A program made the translations under genes and the position numbers. From Azonexus sp. (lineage in GTDB: Bacteria; Pseudomonadota; Gammaproteobacteria; Burkholderiales; Rhodocyclaceae): DNA of 64,000 nt. The stretch is taken from NCBI GenBank assembly GCA_034376845.1, contig JAXMJE010000124.1, positions 14,309 to 78,308 on the forward strand, given 5' to 3'. Below, in pieces: positions 8,739-19,748 of the stretch (position 1 is the stretch's first letter; every line of letters starts with the position of its first letter). The notes under the pieces were generated by a model. It made no database searches. It saw nothing but the letters and a program-made list of their open reading frames with translations, and was not told where the DNA came from.

Positions 8739-10808
8739 TTACGCGGTAATCATACCGTTGTGGCGGAGCAGCGCATCGACACTCGGCTCGCGGCCACGGA
8801 AGGCCTTGAAGGATTCGATCGCTGGGCGTGAGCCGCCGACCGAGAGAATTTCGTCGAGGAAGCGCTTGCCGGTGACGGCATCAAAGGGGTCGCCCGCCTC
8901 TTCGAAGGCAGCGTAGGCGTCAGCCGACAGGACTTCAGCCCACTTGTAGCTGAAATACCCCGCCCCGTAGCCGCCACCAAAAATGTGCGAAAAACTGTTC
9001 GGGAAACGGTGCCATTCGGGCGGGAAAAGCACGGCCACCTCGCGGCGGACCTCGTTCACCAGGTCCATCACGGTCAACGGCCCTTTTGGGTCAAAATCGC
9101 TGTGCAGCAGCATGTCGAACAGCGAGAACTCGATCTGGCGCACCGCCATCATGCCGCTCTGGAAATTCTTGGCAGCGAGCATTTTGTCGAACAGTTCGCG
9201 CGGCAGCGCTTTGCCATTATCGACGTGGGCCGTCATGCCTGCGACCACTTCCCATTCCCAGCAATAGTTTTCCATGAACTGCGACGGTAGCTCGACCGCA
9301 TCCCATTCGACGCCGTGGATGCCGGAAACGCCCAACTCCTCGCCGCGCGTCAGCAGGTGGTGCAGGCCGTGGCCGGTTTCGTGGAACAGCGTGATCACGT
9401 CGTCGTGGGTGAAGGTGGCGGGCAAGGGTTTGCCATTTTTTTCGCCGACCGGGCGGGCAAAATTGCAGTTCAGGTAGGCAATCGGCTTCTGGATGCCGCC
9501 GATGGTCCGCCGACGCGAGCGGGCTTCATCCATCCAGGCGCCGCTGCGTTTGGTTTCGCGGGCGTAGAGGTCGAGGTAGAACTGGCCGACCAGTTCTCCG
9601 GTCGACGTTTCCAGACGGTAAAAACGGACATCCTCATGCCAGACCGGTGCGGTATCCGGCTTCACCTTGACGTTGAACAGGCTCTCGATGACCTTGAACA
9701 GGCCACCGATGACCTTGGGTTCGGTGAAGTATTGCTTCACTTCCTGCTCGGAGAAAGCGTAGCGCGCCTGCAGCAGTTTCTCGGAAACATAGGAGGCATC
9801 CCACGGCTGGAAATCGTCCAGACCAAGTTCGTCCATGGCAAAGGCGCGCAGTTCAGCGATGTCCCTGGCGGCAAACGGCTTGGCCTTGGCCGCCAGTTCA
9901 CGCAGGAAAGCCAATACCTGGGCCGGGCTGTCAGCCATCTTGGGGGCCAGCGAAACCTCGGCGTAATTGTTGTAACCCAGCATCTGCGCATCTTCCCGGC
10001 GCAGTGCCAGCATGCGGTTCATCACCGGCGTGTTGTCCCATTCCGGCTTGCTTGTGCCGTCGATGAATTCGGCGGCGCGGGTGGCGTAGGCGCGGTACAT
10101 GCGGGCGCGCAGCTCGCGGTTGTCGGCGTATTGCATCACCGGGCCGTAGGACGGCGCTTGCAGGCTGAAGCGCCAGCCTTCGACACCGGCTTTTTCGGCC
10201 GCGGTTCGGGCGGCCTCTTTGGCATCGTCCGGCAGGCCGGCCAGTACGGCTTCGTCGGTGACAACTTCGGCGAAGGCGTTGGTGGCGTCGAGGACGTTTT
10301 CGGAGAACTTGGCGGAGAGGCTGGAGAGTTCTTCCATGATCGCCTGGAAGCGCGGCTTCTGGTCTTCCGGCAACTCGGCACCGCTGAGGCGGAAATCGCG
10401 TACTTCGTTATCGACGATTTTTTTCTGCTCAGTGCTCAGTGTGGCGTACTCGGCGCTGGCGCGTAGCGCCTTGTATTTGTCGAACAGTTTGAGGTTCTGG
10501 CCGAGTTCGGCATAGAAGCGCGAAACCTCGGGCAGCATTTCGTTGTAAGCCTCACGCCAGGCCGGCACGTCATTGACCGAATGCAGATGGCCGACGATGC
10601 CCCAGGCGCGGCTGAAGGGCTCCAGGCCATCGGAAAGCGCACCAGCGAAATCCTGCCAGGTGGCCGGGGTGCTGTCGGCGGTCAGGCGTTCGATCAACTC
10701 GCGTCCTGCGGTCAACAGCGATTCGATGGCAGGTTTAACGTGTTCCGGTTGAACCGTGTCGAAGCGTGGCAGATCGGAAAAGTCGAGCAGGGGATTTTGT
10801 GTCGTCAT
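8739..10808 (-). CDS. prlC: Oligopeptidase A (M3 metallopeptidase)
   Basis: FHETGHGLHH (HEXXH), WDAVELPSQFME, YFSYKWAEVL. Confidence 0.96.
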   Translation of the reverse strand: MTTQNPLLDFSDLPRFDTVQPEHVKPAIESLLTAGRELIERLTADSTPATWQDFAGALSDGLEPFSRAWGIVGHLHSVNDVPAWREAYNEMLPEVSRFYAELGQNLKLFDKYKALRASAEYATLSTEQKKIVDNEVRDFRLSGAELPEDQKPRFQAIMEELSSLSAKFSENVLDATNAFAEVVTDEAVLAGLPDDAKEAARTAAEKAGVEGWRFSLQAPSYGPVMQYADNRELRARMYRAYATRAAEFIDGTSKPEWDNTPVMNRMLALRREDAQMLGYNNYAEVSLAPKMADSPAQVLAFLRELAAKAKPFAARDIAELRAFAMDELGLDDFQPWDASYVSEKLLQARYAFSEQEVKQYFTEPKVIGGLFKVIESLFNVKVKPDTAPVWHEDVRFYRLETSTGELVGQFYLDLYARETKRSGAWMDEARSRRRTIGGIQKPIAYLNCNFARPVGEKNGKPLPATFTHDDVITLFHETGHGLHHLLTRGEELGVSGIHGVEWDAVELPSQFMENYCWEWEVVAGMTAHVDNGKALPRELFDKMLAAKNFQSGMMAVRQIEFSLFDMLLHSDFDPKGPLTVMDLVNEVRREVAVLFPPEWHRFPNSFSHIFGGGYGAGYFSYKWAEVLSADAYAAFEEAGDPFDAVTGKRFLDEILSVGGSRPAIESFKAFRGREPSVDALLRHNGMITA

Positions 10809-10836
10809 GGCGAGTTTGTCTGGCTGCGAGGGGAAT

Positions 10837-10860
10837 GAAAAAGGGCGGTCTGAGCCGCCC
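10837..10860 (-). terminator. Intrinsic terminator after purC
   Basis: GGGCGG-tctgag-CCGCCC stem with adjacent A-run. Confidence 0.6.
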
Positions 10861-10868
10861 GGTATTTT

Positions 10869-11801
10869 TTAGAGTGTCTTGCCAGTCAGGCGTTCATACG
10901 CCTCGATATATTTGGCGCTAGTCCGGGCGATAACATCGGCCGGCAGTTGAGGGCCGGGAGCGACTTTGCCCCAGTCCAGCGTTTCCAGATAATCGCGGAC
11001 GAACTGCTTGTCGTAGGACGGCGGGTTCTTGCCTTCTTCGTACTGATCGGCCGGCCAGAAACGGGAGGAATCGGGGGTCAGGGCTTCGTCGATCAGGAAC
11101 AGCGTGCCGGCGGCGTCGATACCGAATTCGAACTTGGTGTCGGCGATGATGATGCCGCGCGTTGCGGCAAAGATGGCAGCTTCTTCGTAGAGGCGGATGG
11201 CCGCATCGCGGGCTTCGGCACAGAGTTGGGCACCGGTTTTGCCGGTGCCCTTGAGGGCTTCGGCCAGGGTCGTGTCACAGTTGGCGGCGGCTTGCTCGTA
11301 AGAAACGTTTTCGTCGTGATCGCCGACCTCAGCCTTGGTGGCGGGCGTGAAGATCGGGCTGGGCAGCTTGGTGGCCATTTTCAGGCCGGACGGCAGGGCG
11401 ATGCCGCAGATGGCGCCGGTTTCCTGGTAATCCTTCCAGCCGGAACCGATGACGTAGCCACGAACGACGGCTTCAATCGGTAGCGGTTTCAAGCGTTTGA
11501 CCACAACCGAGCGGCCACGCACCTGTTCGCGTTCGTTTTCGGCGACGACGGATTCCGGGTCGATGCCGGTCAATTGATTCGGCACGATATGACTGAGCTT
11601 CTCGAACCAGAAATTGGCGACAGCGGTCAGCACTTCGCCCTTGCGCGGAATTGGGTCGGGCAGGATGACATCGAAAGCCGAGAGGCGGTCGGTCGTAATA
11701 ATCAGCAATTTATCGGCGTCGACCGCGTAAATATCGCGGACTTTGCCCTTGGAAAGGAGCGGCAGGCTGGTAATGGAGGACTGGAAAATAGGTGCGGTCA
11801 C
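10869..11801 (-). CDS. purC: SAICAR synthase
   Basis: [45 protein letters not shown]. Confidence 0.97.
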   Translation of the reverse strand: MTAPIFQSSITSLPLLSKGKVRDIYAVDADKLLIITTDRLSAFDVILPDPIPRKGEVLTAVANFWFEKLSHIVPNQLTGIDPESVVAENEREQVRGRSVVVKRLKPLPIEAVVRGYVIGSGWKDYQETGAICGIALPSGLKMATKLPSPIFTPATKAEVGDHDENVSYEQAAANCDTTLAEALKGTGKTGAQLCAEARDAAIRLYEEAAIFAATRGIIIADTKFEFGIDAAGTLFLIDEALTPDSSRFWPADQYEEGKNPPSYDKQFVRDYLETLDWGKVAPGPQLPADVIARTSAKYIEAYERLTGKTL

Positions 11802-11836
11802 GGCAGATTTCCTGAAAACAAAAAGAGAATTATAAA

Positions 11837-13153
11837 TTAACGCGAGGTCTCACCGGCTTCGGCGGCGAGTTTCTTGCGCATGCGGCGGGTTCCCCAGGCA
11901 ACAACGCCGGCGATGACCGGAATTGAAATGGCGGTAATCACATCGGTATTGAGGTGATGCAGGTCCTTCGTGCCCTTGGCCAGATACTGCACCAGTTGCG
12001 AGCCGTAATAGGTCAGCACCACCACGGAGAGGCCTTCGACTGTTTCCTGCAGACGAAGTTGCAGGCGCGCCCGCTGATTCATCTGGCCGAGGATTTCCTG
12101 GTTCTGGTGTTCCAGTTCCATGTCGACGCGGGTGCGTAGCAGTTGGCTGGTGCGGGCGACGCGGCCGGAGAGTTCTTCCTGCCGGCGGCTGATCGCTTCG
12201 CAGGTGTTCATGGCCGGCAGCAGGCGGCGCTGCATGAATTCGTAGAAGGTGGGCAGGCCGGAAATGCGGCTTTCGCGCAGTTCCTCGATGCGCTGCATGA
12301 CCAGGCCGTGATAGGCGTGGGCGGCACCGAAGCGGAATGTGGTGCGCGAGACAGAGTTTTCGACATCGGCAGCGAGGCGCGACAGTTTGTCGAGAACGAG
12401 GCGTTCTTCAGCCGGCGAACTGGTCTTGCCGATGTTTTCCATCAGCTCCGCCAGTTCCGTTTCGCCCGAATGCAGCCAGCGCCCGACTTCTTTGGCCACC
12501 GGCAGGCCAAGCAGCGCCATCATGCGGTAGGTTTCGATCTCGACCAGGCGCTGTACGGTGCGCCCGGTCTGGCGCTGCGTCATGCTGGCGTTGAGGACGA
12601 GAAAGCGTGAGAAGCCGTTGTCGATCTTGAAATCGGTGAATATCCATGCAGCGTTGTCCGCCACTTTGGCAGCAACCATCGTTCGGCCATTGGGTGTCAG
12701 GCTGGCGAGTACCGAGTCCGGACTGATCTCGTCGGTCGACCGCAGCTCGACGTGGGTCGCCACCATCAGTTTGCCCGGAATGCCTGTGAACCACTCGGGG
12801 TGGACAGCATCGAAGGCGGTGATATCGGCGGGCAAGACTTCGCCGCTGCTCAGCGGGCGGAAGAAGGTGTAGCTGGAAAACTCGGTGTGCAGTTCCCAGC
12901 GCATGCGGAAGGCCCCGGTTTCCAGCATCAGGTGCGAATCGGAGCTTTCGATCGAATTGCAGACATGGCCCTGGCAGAGCTTGGCCAAGTTGTCGCGCGC
13001 CTCTTTGGCCTTCGTTGCGGCGTGTTTGAACACCAGGTGCGAGATGAGCATCGCACCTTCCAGCGGCACGGGCGGCCGGGCGTGGAATTCGTTGTTCAGG
13101 CGCTGGCGGAGCGGGTGCTCCTGGAGTTCGGAAAGGGTCAGGCGAGGGTGCAT
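11837..13153 (-). CDS. DUF3422 family membrane-anchored protein
   Basis: [45 protein letters not shown]. Confidence 0.85.
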   Translation of the reverse strand: MHPRLTLSELQEHPLRQRLNNEFHARPPVPLEGAMLISHLVFKHAATKAKEARDNLAKLCQGHVCNSIESSDSHLMLETGAFRMRWELHTEFSSYTFFRPLSSGEVLPADITAFDAVHPEWFTGIPGKLMVATHVELRSTDEISPDSVLASLTPNGRTMVAAKVADNAAWIFTDFKIDNGFSRFLVLNASMTQRQTGRTVQRLVEIETYRMMALLGLPVAKEVGRWLHSGETELAELMENIGKTSSPAEERLVLDKLSRLAADVENSVSRTTFRFGAAHAYHGLVMQRIEELRESRISGLPTFYEFMQRRLLPAMNTCEAISRRQEELSGRVARTSQLLRTRVDMELEHQNQEILGQMNQRARLQLRLQETVEGLSVVVLTYYGSQLVQYLAKGTKDLHHLNTDVITAISIPVIAGVVAWGTRRMRKKLAAEAGETSR

Positions 13154-13243
13154 GATCGATGTGGGTTCATCATTGTTGCGGCGCGAAAGATTGTAGCTTA
13201 AGCTTTGGGCAATGCCGGCCAATCCGTGCCGGTAAAAACGTGC

Positions 13244-13777
13244 TCAAAAGTCCAGCGATTTGACCAGCTCGAATAGCCGTTGATAGAACTCCGGCGCCGT
13301 GACCGTCTCTTCGCCGACCTTGACCAGCGTGTCCTTGTCGATCGACCACGGCAGTGAAACCGAGCCGAGCGCCGAGACGCTGACCCCGGCGCTGGTACCT
13401 TTGGATTTCATTTCAAACTGGGTTTCCAGCGCGTTGGCGTAAATGACCGCACCCAGCGAACTGGGCAGGCAGACCAGCGTAATTGTCAGCCGGCGGGCTT
13501 CGTCCTGCTTTGGCCTGAAATATTTCTCGCCGCGAATGTTCAGCGGTTTGGCGTCGTCGATCTGATAACCCTGGCTGAGCAGCGCGCGCTTGCCGATTTC
13601 GCAGGCACTCTCTGGTTCACGGTTGCTGTAGTACTGGAACGGCGTTTCGCTGGGGAAGGCTTCAGATTGGTAGGAGCGTGGGGTTTTTGTGGCGGAGCAG
13701 GCGCCCAGCAGCAGACCGGCCGAGATGGCAAGCGCCATCGCGCGGCAGGGGATGGATAGTGACTTCGGTGCTTTCAT
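13244..13777 (-). CDS. DUF2242-like lipoprotein
   Basis: Lipobox LLGAC; ACEIGKRALLSQGY; SVSLPW...LVKVGEETV...FYQRLF. Confidence 0.7.
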   Translation of the reverse strand: MKAPKSLSIPCRAMALAISAGLLLGACSATKTPRSYQSEAFPSETPFQYYSNREPESACEIGKRALLSQGYQIDDAKPLNIRGEKYFRPKQDEARRLTITLVCLPSSLGAVIYANALETQFEMKSKGTSAGVSVSALGSVSLPWSIDKDTLVKVGEETVTAPEFYQRLFELVKSLDF

Positions 13778-13818
13778 GGCTGCGTATTCTAAGGAATTTA
13801 GGCTTTGCTCGCGTGGCA

Positions 13819-14433
13819 CTATTTTCGTTCGGTGTACATCGGCAGGGTGATGCGGAAGGTCATGGCCAGCAGACGGGCGATCAGTGTTACTGCCATGCCG
13901 CAGCAGGCCGCCAGCACCGCTGAGAAGCCCAGGTTTTGTAGTGCAATCAGTGTCAGCGCACCCGCCCAGGCGGCTGAGGCATAAAGTTCGCCGCGTACGA
14001 AAACGAGTGGTACATCGTTGCACAGCACATCGCGCAACACACCGCCGACCACGCCGGTGATGACGCCGAGCAGGCTGGCAACCAGCCACGGTGCCTGCCA
14101 TTCCAGCGCGATCTGCGTGCCGACTGCGGTGAATAGGGCGAGGCCGATGGCGTCGGGAATCAGGAATAGCCGTTGCGGCAGGCGCAAGCCGCGCACGGCG
14201 AAAAAGATGACCAGCGTCGTAAGCAGCGCGACGATCAGGTAGGTCTGATCGTTGATCCAGAACACCTTGCGGTCGAGCAGCACGTCACGTACCGTGCCGC
14301 CGCCCAGCGCCGTCGCACACCCGACCATGACCACGCCGATCAGATCCATATTCTTGCGCCCGGCATCGAGCACGCCGGTTAAGGCATTGACCGCGACAGC
14401 CGCGAGGCCGACCCAATAAAGAAGGTTTTCCAT
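13819..14433 (-). CDS. Trimeric intracellular cation channel (UPF0126) family membrane protein
   Basis: Duplicated TALGGGTVRDVLL / TGVVGGVLRDVL motifs; ATG 14433. Confidence 0.9.
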   Translation of the reverse strand: MENLLYWVGLAAVAVNALTGVLDAGRKNMDLIGVVMVGCATALGGGTVRDVLLDRKVFWINDQTYLIVALLTTLVIFFAVRGLRLPQRLFLIPDAIGLALFTAVGTQIALEWQAPWLVASLLGVITGVVGGVLRDVLCNDVPLVFVRGELYASAAWAGALTLIALQNLGFSAVLAACCGMAVTLIARLLAMTFRITLPMYTERK

Positions 14434-14558
14434 GGTTGATCGTTGATGGCTCAGGGAGTGACAAAGTTTATCGGTTTGCTCGGCTGTTCGGGGGAGAGCC
14501 GGCAAAACAAGGAGCACAGTGCTTGATTTCTGGCGTGTCTTCTTCGGAGTGCGGTCAG

Positions 14559-14810
14559 TTAGCAATTAGCAATTAGCAATTAGCAATTAGCAATTAGCAA
14601 TTAGCAACTAACGACTAACGACTAACGACTAGCAACTAGCAACTAGCAACTAGCAACTAACGACTAACGACTAACGACTAACGACTAGCAACTAGCAACT
14701 AGCAACTAACGACTAACGACTAACGACTAACGACTAACGACTAACGACTAACGACTAACGACTAACGACTAACGACTAACCACTAACCACTAACCACTAA
14801 CCACTAACCA
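14559..14810. repeat. 36-unit heptamer tandem array in homogeneous blocks
   Basis: (TTAGCAA)7(CTAACGA)3(CTAGCAA)4(CTAACGA)4(CTAGCAA)3(CTAACGA)10(CTAACCA)5, 252 bp, counted by hand. Confidence 0.97.
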
Positions 14811-14850
14811 CTAAAACATTGGCCGGCGCATGCCGATTTTTTTCGCCCGT

Positions 14851-14874
14851 AAAAAAGCCGCCCTCAGGCGGCTT
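14851..14874 (-). terminator. Intrinsic terminator after fba
   Basis: AAAAAAGCCGCC-ctca-GGCGGCTT. Confidence 0.8.
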
Positions 14875-14898
14875 CTACGGTCGACCGGAAATTTCGGC

Positions 14899-15963
14899 TT
14901 ATTTTACGATCTGGTTCAGTTCGCCCTTGGTGTAACGCTCAGCCATTTTCTCCAGCGGAATGACTTTGATCTGGCTGGCACGCCCGGCACAGCCAAAGGC
15001 TTCGTAACGGGCCAGACAGATTTTCTTGGCGGCTTCGCGGGCCGGTTTCAGGTAATCGCGCGGGTCGAACTTGTCCGGATGTTCGGCCAGGTAGCGGCGA
15101 ACGGCGCCGGTCATTGCCAGGCGGATGTCAGTGTCGATATTGATCTTGCGCACGCCGTGGGCGATGCCCTTGACGATTTCCTCGACCGGCACGCCGTAGG
15201 TTTCCTTCATGTCGCCGCCGAATTCGCGGATTTCGGCGAGCAGTTCCTGCGGCACCGACGACGAGCCATGCATCACCAGATGGGTGTTCGGGATGCGGGC
15301 GTGGATTTCCTTGATGCGGTCGATGGCCAGGATATCGCCGGTCGGGCGTTTGGTGAACTTGTAGGCGCCGTGGCTGGTGCCGATGGCGATGGCCAGTGCG
15401 TCGCAATTGGTCTGCTTGACGAAGTCGGCCGCCTGATCCGGGTCGGTCAGCAACTGTTCACGGGTCATGTGGCCGTCGGCGCCATGGCCGTCTTCCTTGT
15501 CGCCCTGCATGGTTTCCAGCGAGCCGAGCACGCCGAGTTCGGCTTCAACGGAAACGCCGATGGCGTGGGCGAACTTGACGGTTTCACGGGAGACGGCGAC
15601 GTTGTATTCGTAGGACGAGGTGGTCTTGCCGTCGGCTTCCAGCGAGCCGTCCATCATCACCGAGGTGAAGCCGGAGCGGATGGCGCTCATGCAGACGGCC
15701 GGGCTCTGGCCGTGGTCCTGGTGCATGACGATGGGCAGGTGCGGGTAGGCTTCGAGGGCGGCGAGAATCTGGTGGCGCAGGAAAGGTTCGCCGGCATATT
15801 TGCGGGCGCCGGCCGAGGCCTGCATGATGACCGGGGCGTCAATCTGGCTGGCGGCTTCGCAGATGGCCCAGACCTGTTCCATATTATTGACGTTGAAAGC
15901 GGGTAGACCGTAGCCATTTTCGGCGGCGTGGTCGAGTAGTTGGCGCATGGAGACGAGTGGCAT
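14899..15963 (-). CDS. fba: Fructose-bisphosphate aldolase class II
   Basis: [45 protein letters not shown]. Confidence 0.97.
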   Translation of the reverse strand: MPLVSMRQLLDHAAENGYGLPAFNVNNMEQVWAICEAASQIDAPVIMQASAGARKYAGEPFLRHQILAALEAYPHLPIVMHQDHGQSPAVCMSAIRSGFTSVMMDGSLEADGKTTSSYEYNVAVSRETVKFAHAIGVSVEAELGVLGSLETMQGDKEDGHGADGHMTREQLLTDPDQAADFVKQTNCDALAIAIGTSHGAYKFTKRPTGDILAIDRIKEIHARIPNTHLVMHGSSSVPQELLAEIREFGGDMKETYGVPVEEIVKGIAHGVRKINIDTDIRLAMTGAVRRYLAEHPDKFDPRDYLKPAREAAKKICLARYEAFGCAGRASQIKVIPLEKMAERYTKGELNQIVK

Positions 15964-16052
15964 GATTCCTCCGGAAGTTTCAGGGGCGGTGCGGCCTGTG
16001 GCCGCAAATGACGAACGCAATCATTTTACTGTGAATGGACAAAAAATCAGCA

Positions 16053-18272
16053 TCACGCTGCAGCCGGTGGCGTCTCCGCTGTCTCGGCGAAATGCCAGCG
16101 GTTTCGGCCGCCGGCCTTGGCGGCGTAAAGCGCCAGGTCGGCAGCAGCGGTCAGCTCGTGATCGTCGGTGGCGTCTTTGGGGTAGAGCGCAATGCCAATG
16201 CTGATACCGATACTGACGGTTCCTTCGGGCAGGTCGAAAGGGGTGCGAATGACCTCAAGTATCTTGCCGGCGACACGCGATGCGTCACCAACCCCGGTGA
16301 TGCGGGGCAGGAGCAGGGCAAATTCATCACCGCCAATGCGCGCCAGCATATCTTCTTCGCGCAGGACGGCAGAAATCCGCTGTGCTACCTGACGGAGCAG
16401 GACATCCCCGGCGGCGTGGCCGAGCGTGTCGTTGACCGGCTTGAAACGGTCGAGGTCAAGATAGAACAGGGTAAAACCATGACCATGACGCAGCGCATGA
16501 ATGCGGGCGTTGGCTAGTCGGTCCGCCAGCCGGGTGCGATTGGCCAAGCCGGTCAGGGCATCGAAATTGGCCCGTTGCCAGAGATCTGATTCCTGGGCCG
16601 CCTGCTCGGTAATGTCGCGGCTGACCGCGATGTAACGCGCCGTCTGGCCGCGTGGGTCGCGGACGGCGCTGATACTGTGCCAGACGCAATATTCATCGCC
16701 GCTCTGGCGGCGGTTCCAGATACGCCCGGACCAGCGCCCCTGGTCAATCAGCGTATTCCACATAGTGCTGTAGAAAGCATCGTCGTGACGCCCGGAGCGG
16801 AGTATCGCCGGCGTCTGGCCGATGATTGCGGCGGCCGTATAGCCGGTGAGGAGAGTGAAGGCCGGGTTGATCTTGATGATCCGGCCACGGGCATCGGTAA
16901 TCATGACGGCATCGGGCATGCCGGTCAGAATGCTCTCGTTGAGTGCAGATTCGGTGAGCCGTTCGTGCTCGTCGCCGCGGTCGGCCAGGGTAACTAACAA
17001 TCCTTCAAGAGCCTGGTTGTCCTGGTGCAGCACGCGTACGGTGAGTGCCAGCCAGAGGTCGTCACTTTTACGCTTGAGCCAAAGCCCCTGGATGTCATGC
17101 TTGGTGCCGAGGCAGATGGCGCGAAGCGGGTCGTTGGCAAAGGGCTCATCGTCTTCCGTCACCAAGGTGAAGCCAGCCTTTTTAATGGCTTCGGCAAAGG
17201 GCATGCCGCTGGCGGCGGGCAGCCAGCCCTGTGCTGCGCTGTTGCTGAAGGTCACTGCCGTGCTTGTGTCAAGCAACAGGATGCCTTCGTGCATGCTTTC
17301 AAAGACCGTACGCGATCGCTCGATTTCACGGTTGAGATTGGTCTGGGTCGATTGCTGGCGGCGGGTGCCAAAGTGAATCAGGAGGGCGGCCGGGATGAGG
17401 AGCAGCGTCAGGAGCAGGGCGGGCAGATAGGCAAAGCGTTGGTAAGTGGCTACCTGCTCATCCAGCGTTGCCGTATCGATACCGGCAACGACCCGCATAC
17501 CCCAGTTGGGAATGCTGCTTGCGGCTGACAGGCGTCTGACGCCGTCGGCCGCGCTGGTCAGCAGGAAAGAATTTCTCCCGGCCGTTTCGGGCAGGGTGAT
17601 GATTTTTCCGGAATGTTCATGGACGCCCTTTGAGCGGGCGGCGATACGGCCTTCCGGCGAGAGGATGGTGACCAGTTCGCTCGCCGGGTCGACTGTGTCG
17701 AACAGGAAGCCCAGATGCTGGGCCTCAAAGCCGACGAAGACGAGGCCGGCAAAGCGCTTGTCCTGCAGTACGGGGCGGGCGAAAAGAATGATCCATTGTC
17801 CGGTCAGGCGGGCGAGTATGGGTTCGGTGACGAACAGGCGATCCTCGCCACTTTTGGACAAACCCTGGAAATAGGGTCGGTCGGCCAGATTGGTGCCGCC
17901 GCCGAGGTTATTGCCCTGCAGATAATTGGCTATTGTTAGCCCTTTCGCGTCAAGCAGGGCGGCTCGATTGATCGGTCCACCGCTCTCTTTTCCGGACAGG
18001 CGGGCCGCCTCGTCAAGGAAGGTGGGCAGGCCGTTATCCTGGTAGGCGCGGCGCAACAGGCGCAGTTCCTCGTCAGCCAGGGTCAGGGTTAACGCCGCTA
18101 GTCCGGCATGGCTGCGGGCCAGTGACTGGACGCGCTGTTCGGCATGCTGCCAGAGCGTATCCCGGAAATTACCCACTTGAAACCAGGCAATGGCCCAGGC
18201 CAGTAGCACAGTGCCGGCCGATATTCCCCAGAATAAACGGTGCAGCGAATGGATACTGACCAGGGATTTCAT
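16053..18272 (-). CDS. Membrane sensor diguanylate cyclase (Cache-PAS-PAS-GGDEF)
   Basis: Two TM helices around a periplasmic ADRPYF Cache-like region, PAS repeats, DLDRFKPVND and RIGGDEF. Confidence 0.9.
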   Translation of the reverse strand: MKSLVSIHSLHRLFWGISAGTVLLAWAIAWFQVGNFRDTLWQHAEQRVQSLARSHAGLAALTLTLADEELRLLRRAYQDNGLPTFLDEAARLSGKESGGPINRAALLDAKGLTIANYLQGNNLGGGTNLADRPYFQGLSKSGEDRLFVTEPILARLTGQWIILFARPVLQDKRFAGLVFVGFEAQHLGFLFDTVDPASELVTILSPEGRIAARSKGVHEHSGKIITLPETAGRNSFLLTSAADGVRRLSAASSIPNWGMRVVAGIDTATLDEQVATYQRFAYLPALLLTLLLIPAALLIHFGTRRQQSTQTNLNREIERSRTVFESMHEGILLLDTSTAVTFSNSAAQGWLPAASGMPFAEAIKKAGFTLVTEDDEPFANDPLRAICLGTKHDIQGLWLKRKSDDLWLALTVRVLHQDNQALEGLLVTLADRGDEHERLTESALNESILTGMPDAVMITDARGRIIKINPAFTLLTGYTAAAIIGQTPAILRSGRHDDAFYSTMWNTLIDQGRWSGRIWNRRQSGDEYCVWHSISAVRDPRGQTARYIAVSRDITEQAAQESDLWQRANFDALTGLANRTRLADRLANARIHALRHGHGFTLFYLDLDRFKPVNDTLGHAAGDVLLRQVAQRISAVLREEDMLARIGGDEFALLLPRITGVGDASRVAGKILEVIRTPFDLPEGTVSIGISIGIALYPKDATDDHELTAAADLALYAAKAGGRNRWHFAETAETPPAAA

Positions 18273-19714
18273 CGGTCGTCGATGGCCGGCATGTGTTCGC
18301 CGACGCGGACGATCTTCAAGGTGTTGGTGCCGCCGGCGCAGCCAATGGGTTCGCCAATGGTCAGGGCAATCAGGTCGCCCTTTTGAACGACGCCGCGTTC
18401 GATCAGCAGTTGTTCGGCTTCAGCCAGCAACAGGTCGCGATCGGTGTGCTGCTGCTTCATCAGGAGCGGGCAGACGGCGCGGTAAAGCGCCATGCGGCCA
18501 ACGGACTCGGCATCCGGCGTCAGCGCATAGATCGGTACGCCGCAGTTCAGGCGGCTCATCCACAGCGCGGTTGAGCCGGACTGGGTGAGGGCAGCAATCG
18601 CCTTGACCTTGAGGTGATGCGCCGTCCAGATCGTCGCCATGGCAATCGACTGGTCGATACGGGTAAAGACGCGATCGAGAAATTCACGATCCAGCGTTAC
18701 TTCGGCTGAGCGCTCGGCTTCGACACAAATACGCGCCATCGATTCGACCGTTTCCACCGGATAAATGCCGCTCGCCGTTTCGGCGGACAGCATCACTGCA
18801 TCGGTGCCATCAAGCACGGCGTTGGCGACATCGGAAACTTCAGCACGAGTCGGCACCGGCGAAGTGATCATCGATTCCATCATCTGCGTCGCGGTGATGG
18901 TGAGCTTGTTGCGATCACGCGCCATGCGGATCATTTTTTTCTGCAGCGCTGGCACGGTGGCATCGCCAACTTCAACGGCGAGATCACCACGCGCGACCAT
19001 GATGCCGTCGGAGGCATCGAGAATTTCGGCGAGATTGGTAATCGCCTCGACGCGCTCGATCTTGGCGATCAGTACCGCCGTGCTGCCGGCAGCGCGCAAC
19101 AGCTGGCGCGCCATGTACATGTCGGCAGCGCTTTTCGGGAAGGAAACCGCGACGAAGTCCACGCCGATCTGGGCGGCCGTCTTGATGTCATCCATATCCT
19201 TGGCGGTCAGCGCCGGCGCGGTGAGGCCGCCGCCCTGGCGGTTGATCCCCTTATTGTTCGACAGCACACCACCCACCAGCACGCGGGTATGAATTTCGTG
19301 ACCACGCACGCCGAGTACTTCCAGCTTGAGACGGCCATCGTCGAGCAGCAGGATATCGCCATTGACCACATCCTTGGGCAGGTCCTTGTAATCCAGACCG
19401 ACCCGCTCCTGATTGCCCAGCGTGCACTTGGCATCAAGGATGAAGTTCTCGCCGACGACGAGGCTGATTTTGCCGTCCTCGAACTTGCCCACGCGGATTT
19501 TCGGCCCCTGCAGATCACCCAGAATGCCCACGGTGCGACCGAATTTGGCGGCAGCAGCACGAATGGCAGTGGTCCGGGCAAGGTGATCCTCGACCGTGCC
19601 GTGCGAAAAATTCATCCGAACCACATCGACGCCGGCCTGAACCATGCGTTCGAGAACCTCTGCGGTCGAGGAGGCGGGGCCGAGCGTGGCAACAATCTTG
19701 GTGTGGCGTGACAT
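18269..19714 (-). CDS. pyk: Pyruvate kinase
   Basis: TKIVATLGPAS, RMNFSHG, DLQGPKIR, MVARGDL, MLSAETA. Confidence 0.97.
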   Translation of the reverse strand: MSRHTKIVATLGPASSTAEVLERMVQAGVDVVRMNFSHGTVEDHLARTTAIRAAAAKFGRTVGILGDLQGPKIRVGKFEDGKISLVVGENFILDAKCTLGNQERVGLDYKDLPKDVVNGDILLLDDGRLKLEVLGVRGHEIHTRVLVGGVLSNNKGINRQGGGLTAPALTAKDMDDIKTAAQIGVDFVAVSFPKSAADMYMARQLLRAAGSTAVLIAKIERVEAITNLAEILDASDGIMVARGDLAVEVGDATVPALQKKMIRMARDRNKLTITATQMMESMITSPVPTRAEVSDVANAVLDGTDAVMLSAETASGIYPVETVESMARICVEAERSAEVTLDREFLDRVFTRIDQSIAMATIWTAHHLKVKAIAALTQSGSTALWMSRLNCGVPIYALTPDAESVGRMALYRAVCPLLMKQQHTDRDLLLAEAEQLLIERGVVQKGDLIALTIGEPIGCAGGTNTLKIVRVGEHMPAIDDR

Positions 19715-19748
19715 TTTTAGGATCCAGTTGTTAGTTTTTAGCTGCTAG
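19714..19748 (-). repeat. 3' heptamer arm of the element enclosing the four-helix-bundle gene
   Basis: mRNA sense ctagcag ctaaaaa ctaacaa ctggatc ctaaaa-ATG(pyk); overlaps the last codons and stop of the enclosed gene. Confidence 0.8.

Noticed and set aside
14434-14558. Glycine riboswitch upstream of the TRIC-family gene
   Set aside because: Only CCGAAG matches; the GGAGA and CUCAGG elements are not seen on the coding strand.
14559-14810. CRISPR array
   Set aside because: Contiguous 7-mers with no unique spacers and no cas genes in the window.
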